A stretch of 63,865 nucleotides of DNA, the filler included. It is 10 parts of 10 records of this genome, joined end to end, with 100 filler letters (N's around TTAATTAATTAA, not from the genome) between each part and the next. Parts side by side here need not be neighbours in the genome. Positions count along the whole stretch, not along the records: positions 22,817 to 27,602 come from SRR15195285_1584; positions 27,703 to 32,766 come from SRR15195285_1585; positions 32,867 to 40,237 come from SRR15195285_1588; 7 more parts are not named here. One strand, written 5' to 3'. The translations under genes and the position numbers were made by a program. Shown here in pieces: positions 23,087 through 33,569 of this stretch. Position 1 is the first letter of the stretch, and the number at the start of each line of letters is the position of its first letter. The notes under the pieces are model-generated. The model searched no databases and was not told the DNA's origin. It saw only the letters and a list, made by a program, of their open reading frames with translations.

Positions 23087-26000
23087 ATGAAGCATCAGCG
23101 TACCAACCCAGGGCGGGTGAACGTGACATTGACGTTGACCCAGGATTCGCTGCGAGGCCCAGTGAGACTCGTCGGACCCGTTACGCTGCTGATAGCCGCT
23201 GCGGCAGGATGGGCGATGCGGCCCGGGGCAGCGCAGCGACCACCTCCGACGCGAGCGGCCTTGGATCCTGATGCACCGAGCAGTAAGGCCGCGCGGTACT
23301 TGAACAAGCCTGCGCAGCAGGCAGCAGTAGCAAACGCAGGTTCCAACTCCAAGGAGGATGACCGCAAAGCATTGTTGGCCGCTTTCAAGCGTGACCCACG
23401 GGCCGAAGAAGCATGGTTGGAACTGGAGGGTTGGTCGGAAGAATCTGGCGTGGATGTGTGCGAGTGGGAACGAATTAGCTGTTGCAACAGCCCGACAGTC
23501 AATCCATCTTTGATTCATCCGTGTGACTGCGACATGCCACAGCCCCTCCCCCACTTTGATGGAGAGCGCATAACGAAAATCTATCTTGAAGGTCGAACAG
23601 ACCTGGCCTTTGAGCTTGGCGCGGCAATCAGCAACTTGACGGCTGTGACTTACCTTAACGTAGGTTCGACTGGCATGTACGGCACATTGCCAAAGGAGAT
23701 CGGCCAGCTAGCGGCAATGCGCAAGGACATAGCTGAGCATCAGTGCGACTCGTTTCTTGGAATTTTCGGCACAAACATATCTGGGACGATTCCAGCTCAG
23801 TTAGGAAACTTGACACAGGTAAAGCAACTGTTTCTCCACAGCAATCACAACCTGTCTGGGACGGTGCCCGCACAATTGGGCAGAATGTCACACTTGGAGA
23901 GACTGGGGCTGTTTAATCAACCGTTGCTAACGGGATCTATACCTGCTGAACTCGGTCAGCTATCGCGCCTGCAAGATTTATACATGTATCAGAATCCAGC
24001 CGTCAGCGGAACAGTTCCGCCAGAACTAGGGAACTTGAGTGCCTTTGGACCACAAGAAGCTTCGGGTGCAGGCCAGGGCGACATTCTGTTGCACAGTTAT
24101 CCTCGTCTATCTGGGACAATCCCCGGCGGGCTCATCGAGCTCCAGTCAAAGACCACACAGTTGCAGGACAACATTGGTTTGTCTGGAACCATGCCCAGGG
24201 TTGACATCACTCTTGGATTGGGTCCACAGACTCTTGACATCTCCAATACCCCACTGCTTTCTGGGACAGTTCCTGCTGGTTGTGGGCAGCTAAAGCGGCT
24301 GGAAAAACTGCGCCTAAACGGAGACATTATGCTTTCAGGTTCTTTGCCGGTGTTCAACGGCCTAGCACTCAAGCTGCTCGATGTACAAAATTGTTCGTTC
24401 TCAAATCTGCCGGCCTCTTTGCCCAGCACAATCACACACCTGTACCTGGCCAACAATCCTGTTTACGAGCATACTAATGGGCTGGTGAGCCTCCTGCAAA
24501 CCTTGCCCGACCTAGGCGTACTGGATGTTGGTTTTGTAAACACCTGGCCTGTTTTCGGCCAGGAAGGACTAGACGTTCAACGAGGATACGGGAGTCGCCT
24601 GACAAACCCAACGCAATGCCGAATTGGCCAATCTGATTGTGCATTTGTGTTGCATCTGTACGACCAGGACAACAATCCACTGCACATGGGTGGGCTTGTG
24701 TCGCAGAATCTCACTATCCGTCTTGGTAAAGACCTTGAAGATTGCGCTTTTGGCGGAGGGCACTGTCAAATCGCCCAGATGCAGGACAATCGTGACGGGA
24801 GCTTCATCGGGTACATTCCGTCGTGTTGGATCAGAAAGACCGGCAAGTACATATTCCAGTTTTTCCGCGATGAGACTGAGTTTAAACCGATGCAAAATGA
24901 TCAAAGAGTGCCAATACTTGAAGATTGTAATGATAAGAGAGGTGGCGACTGCAAGGAGTTGCGAACAGTGGAGTTCACTCCTCGTGAGTGTTTGGGTGCA
25001 CATACTGAGCCAGATGAGAGTGGAGCCTCTTGTCGATGCAAAGCAGGCTTCGAAGTCGACAGCACCATCAGTACTAAAGATGATCCAAGTTGCTTTCGTA
25101 ACTGCGGAGCTGGCGAAACCTACGATCAGACAGACGGAACGTGTGTCTGCACCGCAAACAATTACGACTCGACAATGTATGGCAATATTGTCTGTGCCAC
25201 GCGTGGCTATCTTCAAGCTGGTTTTTCTCGCGAGGTGGGAAGGTGTGTGCCGTGTCTAGACGAGTGTATGAGATGTGAACTCGGGATTCCTTTCATTCGA
25301 GAGGGCTGGCGCCTGAACTCAACAAATGATGCCGAACTCCGACAGCAGATTGCAGACGGTGCAAACGGTAGAACGCAGTGGATCTTCAGCTGCCCATACT
25401 CGTCGTCAAACTGTCCAGAAATTGACCTCTCGCAGCCCGATCGACTTGGCAGTGCCAACTGTACACATCACCATGACGGTGCTCTTTGTGCAACATGCTT
25501 GCCGCATTACAGCCGAGCAGGATCTAGCGACAATTCTTGCATCTCCTGCTCAGACATCCGTGATTATCTCCACAATCAGTTTGGATTACCACTGGCAGGG
25601 GTCATAGTTGTTTCCATCCTGGGTGTTTTGGCTATATTGTGTTGCTGTCGAGCTGAGCTGGTCCACTGGATGCATTCAAATAGGTACATAAAGACCAACC
25701 TCCGCATCTTGCTTGGGTCAGCGCAAATCTTGTCGCTAATTCCGACAGTACTGGAATTAGTATTTCCGCCGAAACCGAGGGCGGCTCTTTCATACTTGGC
25801 AGTTGTTGTGGCAGACATTAGAGGCTTCCTTCGGCTTGAATGCTATGGATGGACCTGGTACAATAAGTGGCTTGCGACTGTTTGTGGGCCTCCACTGGCG
25901 TGCTTGTGTATAGCTGCTGTATACTGGGGGTTGTGTTGGTTTAGGAACCGGAAGATTGATGAAGAAAACCGAGGCGAGGACCTCGTTCAAGCCACGCAGA

Positions 26001-26965
26001 GATGTTATAGGGGCCTTGGGTTTTGTGCTATGTTTTTTTATCCGCAGCTGTCGGCTTGTATTTTCAGTGCGCTGGAATGTAGACAGCTGGGCGAATCGTC
26101 GTCGTGGTTAGAGGCGGACTACAGCATTGGTTGTCGGACAGATCGCTACCTGCAATATCGATTCGCGGCGCAGTTGTTGGTAGTCTTCGTGCCAGTGGGA
26201 TTTCCACTGATTTTGGGCTATCAAGTGAGGAGATTGATGCGAATATCAGACGATAACGCTTCCTATCGAGAAACTGCACAACTGCTCGAGACACGATTCA
26301 CCCAGCTCAGCGACGAAGCACAAGGTGAGCAGATACGTACAGGGGAGCATTATCGGCGTATGCAAGAGGTCCTGGGATTCTGTATCTCAGACTTCAGACC
26401 GGAGTGTTATTGGTTTGAACCCTGTGACATGTTTCGAAAGCTTGCGCTGACTGCGTTGCTGCAGTTTGTACACCGTGGTACGGCGGCACAGTGTTTTTTT
26501 GGATGCGCCCTGGCGTTTGTCTCTTTTGGAATACAGCAATGGCTTCGACCATACCGCGACGTAGGGTCAAATTTACTGAAGGCGATGGTTGACACGCAGT
26601 TGTTTTTGACCTTTCTGATCAGCTTCATTTTACGCGTGCTCCCGGATGTCAACTCTTCCGAACCGTTTGAGGCGGAGACCTACGCTTGGTGGCTACTTAT
26701 CTCTATGCTGATGCTTGTGCTCACTGCTGTTTGCTTGACAGTAGCACAAGGACTACGATCGCGCAGGAAAAGAGCAAATTTGGAGGCAGATATTCAGTCG
26801 CCCCCCTTGTATTTCGCTATCAGCGAGGCCATGCGTGGTGCGGTGCGGCAAAACACACCACCCGAAGAGCCGTTGTTTAGTGTGGGCAGTGCTAGTGGCA
26901 CCACTACTGGGGCTGCCGCGCAAAGTCGGCCTGCAAGCCCAGGTCTCCTTGATGGGGCTGAGTGA
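23087..26965 (+). CDS. LRR + Ig/filamin-like + Cys-rich + multi-pass TM receptor-like protein (intronless)
   Basis: LRRNT-like DRKALLAAFK...W...DVCEWERISC, plant-type LRRs (LSGTIP/LSGTVPAQLG), DNRDGSF, CxC-rich stalk, HDGALCATC, about 9 hydrophobic segments with WLEADYSIGC, FRPECYWFEPCDMFRK and RPY....N motifs. Confidence 0.88.
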   Translation: MKHQRTNPGRVNVTLTLTQDSLRGPVRLVGPVTLLIAAAAGWAMRPGAAQRPPPTRAALDPDAPSSKAARYLNKPAQQAAVANAGSNSKEDDRKALLAAFKRDPRAEEAWLELEGWSEESGVDVCEWERISCCNSPTVNPSLIHPCDCDMPQPLPHFDGERITKIYLEGRTDLAFELGAAISNLTAVTYLNVGSTGMYGTLPKEIGQLAAMRKDIAEHQCDSFLGIFGTNISGTIPAQLGNLTQVKQLFLHSNHNLSGTVPAQLGRMSHLERLGLFNQPLLTGSIPAELGQLSRLQDLYMYQNPAVSGTVPPELGNLSAFGPQEASGAGQGDILLHSYPRLSGTIPGGLIELQSKTTQLQDNIGLSGTMPRVDITLGLGPQTLDISNTPLLSGTVPAGCGQLKRLEKLRLNGDIMLSGSLPVFNGLALKLLDVQNCSFSNLPASLPSTITHLYLANNPVYEHTNGLVSLLQTLPDLGVLDVGFVNTWPVFGQEGLDVQRGYGSRLTNPTQCRIGQSDCAFVLHLYDQDNNPLHMGGLVSQNLTIRLGKDLEDCAFGGGHCQIAQMQDNRDGSFIGYIPSCWIRKTGKYIFQFFRDETEFKPMQNDQRVPILEDCNDKRGGDCKELRTVEFTPRECLGAHTEPDESGASCRCKAGFEVDSTISTKDDPSCFRNCGAGETYDQTDGTCVCTANNYDSTMYGNIVCATRGYLQAGFSREVGRCVPCLDECMRCELGIPFIREGWRLNSTNDAELRQQIADGANGRTQWIFSCPYSSSNCPEIDLSQPDRLGSANCTHHHDGALCATCLPHYSRAGSSDNSCISCSDIRDYLHNQFGLPLAGVIVVSILGVLAILCCCRAELVHWMHSNRYIKTNLRILLGSAQILSLIPTVLELVFPPKPRAALSYLAVVVADIRGFLRLECYGWTWYNKWLATVCGPPLACLCIAAVYWGLCWFRNRKIDEENRGEDLVQATQRCYRGLGFCAMFFYPQLSACIFSALECRQLGESSSWLEADYSIGCRTDRYLQYRFAAQLLVVFVPVGFPLILGYQVRRLMRISDDNASYRETAQLLETRFTQLSDEAQGEQIRTGEHYRRMQEVLGFCISDFRPECYWFEPCDMFRKLALTALLQFVHRGTAAQCFFGCALAFVSFGIQQWLRPYRDVGSNLLKAMVDTQLFLTFLISFILRVLPDVNSSEPFEAETYAWWLLISMLMLVLTAVCLTVAQGLRSRRKRANLEADIQSPPLYFAISEAMRGAVRQNTPPEEPLFSVGSASGTTTGAAAQSRPASPGLLDGAE

Positions 26966-27147
26966 TTTTGATGTTTCGACCTCGTCACAAACTGGTTGCA
27001 GGTGGTACAACAGAAATCCGCGACTAGCTTTCCCAAAGTCTTCTCAAGCACATCACACACACAACACCCCGACAGGCGCTAACGCCCGCCGCCGCGCCGG
27101 TCATGTACCTCCATGTACCCTTACCGTAGGTACATAGGCCAACAGTA

Positions 27148-27350
27148 CACTCCGGCGCCAACTGGCCAACATTCTAATCGCACGATTTGACTGTCTAATC
27201 GTACACCCCTTTCTCCTGACGTATAATGTTTGTGGTTACTGTAAATACATTGTTTTCCGTCAGTGTCTTTAGTGCGAATCTGCCTAATATTAGGGGGGAG
27301 GACAATCGAACAGCGGCGCAGAGAATCCTAATCCGGTTAGCGCTGGAGTG
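27148..27350. mobile_element. Putative non-autonomous Tc1/mariner-type MITE (203 bp)
   Basis: TA on both flanks (27146-47, 27351-52). 18-bp imperfect TIRs CACTCCGGCGCCAACTGG / CCGGTTAGCGCTGGAGTG (15/18 match, all mismatches transitions). Non-coding, AT-richer interior. Confidence 0.7.
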
Positions 27351-27602
27351 TAGCGAAGGCCGCGATGGCAGCTCGCCACGCTGGTCGTGATGGGCCGCCT
27401 AGGGTCTCAGATCGCTGAGAGCTACCACTTAGGAGCGCCTGTGTGGGTGCTCTGGCTTTTTGCTAGGGCAGGCGCTGGCTGGCGCCTGCGGGCTGCGGCT
27501 AGAAGGCCGCCATCTGTACGAACTTCACAACATATATTCATCTACCCGTAGCCGCTACAGTCCTATCTGCTTGTCGCCACGTGGCGCTGGTCGCCACGTC
27601 CC

Positions 27603-27702
27603 NNNNNNNNNNNNNNNNNNNNNNNNNNNNNNNNNNNNNNNNNNNNTTAATTAATTAANNNNNNNNNNNNNNNNNNNNNNNNNNNNNNNNNNNNNNNNNN
27701 NN
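27603..27702. other. Artificial contig-joining spacer
   Basis: N44-TTAATTAATTAA-N44. Confidence 0.98.
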
Positions 27703-27862
27703 TGCTGATGCTGCTGCTGCTGCTGCTGCTGCGGTGACTGAATTTCATGGGACCGACCAGGTGTTTCTATTAGTTCCCGGCGACTGGCGCCAGAACAGCT
27801 ACATACGCCTGTTGGTCCAATATTAGCTGTGTGAGCGTGCTGGCCGGGCTGCGACGGACAGC

Positions 27863-30742
27863 ATGCCTGGACGATACTCGGCAGACCGCAGCAGCGGCTA
27901 CCCGGAGCCGGAGGACCTCAGGGCGGTGCCGCAGCGCTATCACAGTGAACGACAGACAAGCCCAGGGCGAGGCAGGCAGCGATCGTCGCCCTCGCGATCG
28001 TCGCCCTCGCGTTCGCGCCAGCGCTCGCCTCACCGAACACGGCGCGCCGCGACACCTCCGCGCGGCGATGGGTACGCGTCTTCAGTGCTGTCAGATGCGG
28101 CTTCGTCTGTGCCGAGTCTGCAGGGTCTGCGGAAGCAGCAGGACGCGCGGTCCCGTCGATCTCCCGCGCGCGACGACCTACGCGTGCGGGCTGCCGAGTG
28201 GATGGCGCATGAGTTCCCAGGCCAGACAGCGCAGCAGGTGGCACAGCAGCTGACTGGCGGAGGTACGAGGCCACAGTCGTACAATCGTGGGCTGGCGCGT
28301 GGCGACAGGTTCACGGCAGCCCGGCTTGCGGCTGCCCAGCCGCGGATCGACCGGCCGCATGTCGCGGCTGCCCCGTACACTCCGAGCGTGGCCAGCGACA
28401 CAGATCAGCTCGCTGCAGGCGGCACAGCCTTTCAGGTGACTGGCGGAGCGCCAGCCACAGGAAGTAGAGACCAGGCCGGGCCAGGGGGCGCTCGCTGTGC
28501 CTACTGTGGCGTGTCGGTGCCACTGACCCAGCTGGCTAGCCACATGCAGACAGGCTGCCCCGCGCGCCCACCGGCCGTCGGGGTGGCTAGCGCTACCGAT
28601 CGCGCGACTGCTGGCGCTGGCGTGGCACTCACGCCGCAAGCATACCGTGCTCGCGCAATGGAGGAGGTAACTCGGTGGCTCGAGGCATCGGGCCTCGCGG
28701 AGCATGCTACTCGTTTTGCCGAGCTGGGTTTTGACGATCTTCCGTATTTGCTGCGAGGAGCGCACGGGCAAGGTCTAGACCAAGCCGAGATACGCCAGCT
28801 GGTTGCAGATGTAGGCATGACCAGCGTGGATGAGCAGAAGTTACGAGATGCTCTACGAGGAGGGCACGTGCCTGCTTCTGCCGTGGCTGGTACTGCAGCA
28901 GCACGCGACAGCACTATCGCAGATGTGCACCATGACCCGACTGCAGATTCTGTGCCTAGGTGGTTGGAGAAACTTAACCTTGGCCAGTACGCAGCTAGAT
29001 TTGCTGCAAACGGGTATGATTCGCTCGAGTATATTATGCACAAGATGTCGGATGCAGAAGTGCAACAATTGATCGAGGACTGCGTGATGCCGCATGGTCA
29101 TGCGCAGCGCCTCCGCAACGCAATTCGTAGTGGCGATAGCTTCCAGTTGGGCCGGGCTGCCCCGACGGCAGCCACAGCTGCAGTGGCTCGAATGTTTAAT
29201 CATGATGAAGACAGTCAAGAGAGCTCAGTCGTCGGCGGTACCAAGATGAACGCGCTGCGGAAGCAGTTAGACGAAGCGTCTGGACAGCTGACCGATCTCA
29301 GTAATGCTTGGTGCGACCACACGCACCGCCATTAGTCGCTGAACATTCGCGCTGAGAACCGAATATGGCTGATGTGTGCGCAGGGATGAACTGGCGGAAG
29401 AAAAGCGTCTGATTGAGATGAAGTTGCGCGCTGAGTTTGAAGAGAGGATGGAGGAGTCGGAGCGAGCCTCAATGCTACGTATTGCAGAGGCTGAGAGAGC
29501 CCGGGAGGACGCAGAGCGCGCACTGCATGAGCAGCATGTGGAACTGGAGCTGGCGATCGCGGACAAGGATTCAGAGACCAAAGCACGAGAAAATCTTGAA
29601 AAACAAATGAGGGAGCGAGAAGATGCTGCACAGCGCACGCGAGAGGCACTGATCAAAGCGGAAGAGAAGGAGCGACGGGCAAGGCTTCACGAAGAAGAGG
29701 AGGTGTCCCGACGTCAAGACGCGGAACGACTGGCACGCGAGCGATCGGAGGCCAGCCGAATGGCTCTTTTGCGCGAGGAAGCGGAAAAGAAATCCCGTCT
29801 GGACGCGGAACGGAAGGCCAACGAGAATGAGGCGGCAATGCACGCGCAGAAGGAGGTTGCGTTAAGAGAACGCGCTGCCCGTGAGGCCGCGGAGAGCGTC
29901 GCTGCAAGAATGCAGGAAGCCGAGCGTGCTGCTAGGGCTGGGGCATCAGCAGAGCGGGAAAAGCGACTTCGTTTCGAGCGCAGTGTGAAAGAAAAAACGG
30001 CGGCGGAACGCGAGGCATTGGCGTTATCTGCCCAGCATGAGCGTGCGAGAGAAGAAGCAGAAAACCAGATGCGCATGCAGGTCGAAACCGCTCATAGGTA
30101 CACCATGTAGCTCTCTCGCTTGGGCATTCTCACTCATGTCCTTGTATATAGGGAGCGCCATGATTCACGCTCTGACTTTACCAGCCATATGAATGTTTGG
30201 GATCCCAAGTAACCCGTTTTCTTGTGCCACATCGCAGAGCACGTGTCGAGGCTGAGCGCAAGATGCGGCAGTGGCAAGATGCTAGCCTGGCTTCGAACGC
30301 AGAAAAGGAGCGTGAACGTGAGCAGCGCGAAGAACTTGAGATTCGCGTGCAAGAGCTCACACGGCGGGAGGAGGAAATCCGGACGGAGATGGAGGATGCG
30401 ATACGACAGGAACGGGAGCGACACCGTTCTGGCGTAGACACGATCCGTGGACAGTTGGAGATGGAGCAGGAAGAACGACGGCGCGTGCAACAGGTTGCAT
30501 CCCAGGCAATCGAGCGGGAGCAGCAGCTAAGGCAAACCGACCCAGCGAACCTAATTTTCGACACACTGGGTGCGCCTGAATTCAGTTCGCGTAATGGCAT
30601 CGTCACCAAGATAGGGTTTCAGCTTTCCGTGCGGTTGTGCACCGGTTGACCTGTCGCTCACGTCGGTTCGCGTGCAGATACGAACAAGGACGGCCAGCTG
30701 ACTAAACGAGAATTTCTCGCGGGCATGGCAGCGTTGCGGTGA
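27863..30742 (+). CDS. Protein with RS-rich N-terminus, zinc-finger-like motif, two SAM domains, long coiled coil and C-terminal EF-hand (4 exons)
   Basis: CAYCGVSVPLTQLASHMQTGC. SAM1 VTRWLEASGLAEHATRFAELGFDDL and SAM2 VPRWLEKLNLGQYAARFAANGYDSL...GHAQRL. E/R/A-rich exons, and last exon DTNKDGQLTKREFLAG ending at TGA 30740-30742. Introns at about 29311-29383, 30099-30237 and 30570-30677. Confidence 0.82.
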
Positions 30743-30868
30743 ACACGTAATTACACCTGGCTACTTGCTCGCATAAACGGAGGTGGGTAGTTCGTGCGGG
30801 TTGATGATGGTGCGTACAAGTCAACGCGTGCATTATAAGTCCAATCTCCTTCAACCGGGCACGACTGG

Positions 30869-32476
30869 TCAAGTAGCTCCCTCAAACAGATCTATCTCCG
30901 CGAGCAATAGTCTGCGCATCGACGCTGGGTTCTGGTCCTCCTGCCTGTCGAACGGCAGGTCTATCGGTGGCGATCGATTGGCCTCACGAAGTGTCTGTGC
31001 GTAGAGCCCGTGCAGGCCTGTCTTGTGCGCCTCGCGACGCTCTTTCTTGAACGCTGGATGCTGCAAGCTCGCTGTGGCGGTAATGCGTTGGGTTGGAGTG
31101 ATGTGCAGCATCTCTTGCATCAGGCAGAAGCTCTGGTGCCTCGGCGCGCTCGGATCCTCCTTCTTGATATCTGGAAACATTGAGCGAAACCTCTCCAGAC
31201 CAAGGGGATTTTTCAGCAGGCTGAACGTGTTGGAGAGCAGGGAGTCGGGGTCATCTAGCTCGGCCTTCAGCCACTCCTGGAACGCAGCTGGATCTTTCTC
31301 TCGATCAGGAGCAAAGTGATCTTTGTTGCCCTCAAACAGGTGAAAGCTGCCCCGTTGCCAGCCCGACTCCAGTGACATTAGCAATTCTGCAAAGATACAT
31401 CCCGCCGACCATATGTCTACAGAGGTATCGTAGATGTGACAGCGGAGAGTTATCTCCGGTGGTCGGTAGTTCCGGGTCACTACTCTCGGAGTAAGGCAGG
31501 CACATGCTAGCTCTTCGCTTGTGCTGCCTGTGCGAGTTGCCTCTGGAGGTAGAACCTGCCGCGCCAGTCCGAAATCGCAGATCCGTGCGTTGCAGTTCGA
31601 GTCACACAGGATGTTGCCTGGCTTTAGGTCACGGTGGATGATCCCACGCTGATGCAAGTATGTCAGCCCGCACATCACTTGGAACATGAGTCGGTTGACG
31701 TGAGCGAGCCGCCAAATTTTCATTCGAGTTGTAAGGACCTGGTGCAGATCCCATCGCTGTTTCTCAAGCACAATCCAGACTGCCTGAAACGTCGTCGGGT
31801 TGGGCGGTCGGAGGGCACCCCGACACTCAACGATGCACGGGTGCTGACACTGCCGCAGGATGCTAACCTCTCTCAGGGCTCTCTTCGCATCCTCAGCAGT
31901 GCGCAGGGCCTTGCTTATGCACTTGACAGCTACTGCAGCGTGATCGTAGGCCAACGTATCCGTGCCACTGTACACCATTCCGTACGAGCCATGGCCAATG
32001 GACTTGTCCAGCAGAAAGCGCTCGCCAATCGCCGCTGGTGCATGATCCGGAAGATGCAGACGAGTTGCCTGGCTCTGTAGTCGCGAGACCTTCCCACAGC
32101 AGAAAGTGGTGTCGCTCCCGACGGTTGGCTGATCGGTCGGGGCTCGGTCGCCCGTCGTCCAGTGGCTGGTTTGTGCCCGATGCTTCCGCGATAGCCTTCG
32201 AGCAGCAGCATCTCTGTCGGCGCCAGCGCGAGGGCTAGACTTATCGGCGCTGGAGCCAGTTGTGATGTTAGAGTCGGAGTTGGGGCCGACGTGCTTCGGC
32301 TCATCAGGTGGACCCTCCACAGGATCACTCGCGGTGGCGACCTCGTCAGCTGGATCGTCAGATTTGATGGGCGGCAGCCGCGTGGCGGCGCGTCCGAGTC
32401 GCTCTCGTGCGGACGCGAGTCGCTTGCGCGCAGCTGTGGCTCGTCGCGAGGTCGTCCTGCGGGACACACAGTGCAT
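30869..32476 (-). CDS. Atypical MAP kinase (CMGC group)
   Basis: IGHGSYGMV, VAVKCI, DAKRALREVSILR, HRDLKPGN, DFGLAR, LTPRVVTRNYRPPE, DIWSAGCIFAEL, RITATASLQHP. Start codon uncertain. Confidence 0.9.
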   Translation of the reverse strand: MHCVSRRTTSRRATAARKRLASARERLGRAATRLPPIKSDDPADEVATASDPVEGPPDEPKHVGPNSDSNITTGSSADKSSPRAGADRDAAARRLSRKHRAQTSHWTTGDRAPTDQPTVGSDTTFCCGKVSRLQSQATRLHLPDHAPAAIGERFLLDKSIGHGSYGMVYSGTDTLAYDHAAVAVKCISKALRTAEDAKRALREVSILRQCQHPCIVECRGALRPPNPTTFQAVWIVLEKQRWDLHQVLTTRMKIWRLAHVNRLMFQVMCGLTYLHQRGIIHRDLKPGNILCDSNCNARICDFGLARQVLPPEATRTGSTSEELACACLTPRVVTRNYRPPEITLRCHIYDTSVDIWSAGCIFAELLMSLESGWQRGSFHLFEGNKDHFAPDREKDPAAFQEWLKAELDDPDSLLSNTFSLLKNPLGLERFRSMFPDIKKEDPSAPRHQSFCLMQEMLHITPTQRITATASLQHPAFKKERREAHKTGLHGLYAQTLREANRSPPIDLPFDRQEDQNPASMRRLLLAEIDLFEGAT

Positions 32477-32766
32477 ACCAGGCGTGTGTGGTTGTGGTGT
32501 CGCTTGCTGTTGCTCTGTCCGTGTCGTCACCGGTCGCGGTGGTCATTGCGGTGCGAAGTCCGTTTCGTTCGGCTGTCAACGCCATTCTAAAAATGCGTTC
32601 ACCTGCTGCAGCGAGCGAGCGCGGGCTTGCGTGAAGGGGGCGTGCGACCGTCGCCGCACGCCCCGGGTGCGACGACGCGGTGCGTGCGTCGGTGCTCGCC
32701 ATGAATCCGACGCTACTGTACGCGCCGGTGTGTACATTCAGGTCTCCCCACGGTAAACTCGAACTC

Positions 32767-32866
32767 NNNNNNNNNNNNNNNNNNNNNNNNNNNNNNNNNN
32801 NNNNNNNNNNTTAATTAATTAANNNNNNNNNNNNNNNNNNNNNNNNNNNNNNNNNNNNNNNNNNNN
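32767..32866. other. Artificial contig-joining spacer
   Basis: N44-TTAATTAATTAA-N44. Confidence 0.98.
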
Positions 32867-33195
32867 ACTTCAGAGATGTACCACAATACACCTTAATAGT
32901 AGGTCCTATACCATAGTACTACTAGTACTATTAATAGTACTACTAGTACTAGCTAGTACGGGCTCCATGTCATGCCACCAGTACTATACTAGTACTATAA
33001 TACTTAATAGCTAGTCTGAGTACCACTTCAGCATTACCATGAAAGATTTTTACCCTAAAAATTGGTACGGTAGCGTGCCAATACTAACATTTGTACATAC
33101 GAAAGTACAGTACAGTATGTCTTTAGCAGGTGATACAGTACCGGTACTAGCTACTAGTACTATCAATAGACAATAGTACTACAGTTGTAAAATTA
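32867..33195. repeat. AT-rich low-complexity tract of TAGTAC/AGTACT/CTAG palindromic words
   Basis: For example ATAGTACTACTAGTACTATTAATAGTACTACTAGTACTAGCTAGTAC, in sharp contrast to the GC-rich flanks. Confidence 0.75.
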
Positions 33196-33569
33196 CACGA
33201 GAATCTCAAGGCCGGACGTGTGCGGGACCGTGCGCCGTGCGTGACGTGTGTGGCTGCTCGCTGCACGTGTACCGCCTGTGCATGCGTCGTCACCGTGCGC
33301 GTCCCGCGGCGACGTGGCGACGCGACACCATCTCGCGTGCGCGCCCAGCCGCCGCGGTGTGGTGGCGTAAGCCTGAATCGCAGGGAACGGCCCCAAAAAC
33401 TGCCCAAGTCAGGTTGCATGTACCAGGCTCTTTGAGCCAGGCTCGCCTAGGCGACTGCGCCGCTTGCAGTCTCGGAAGCCACGCGATCTTCGTGCCAAGA
33501 ACCGAGAGTCTGAGCGTAGTCAATTAGATAGTGCGGAGCCTGAGCGTCGTCAACTTAGTTAGCGGGGTG

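Noticed and set aside
33506-33553. 18-bp imperfect direct repeat (period 30) just upstream of the PKD2-like start
   Set aside because: A two-copy local duplication with no evidence of function.
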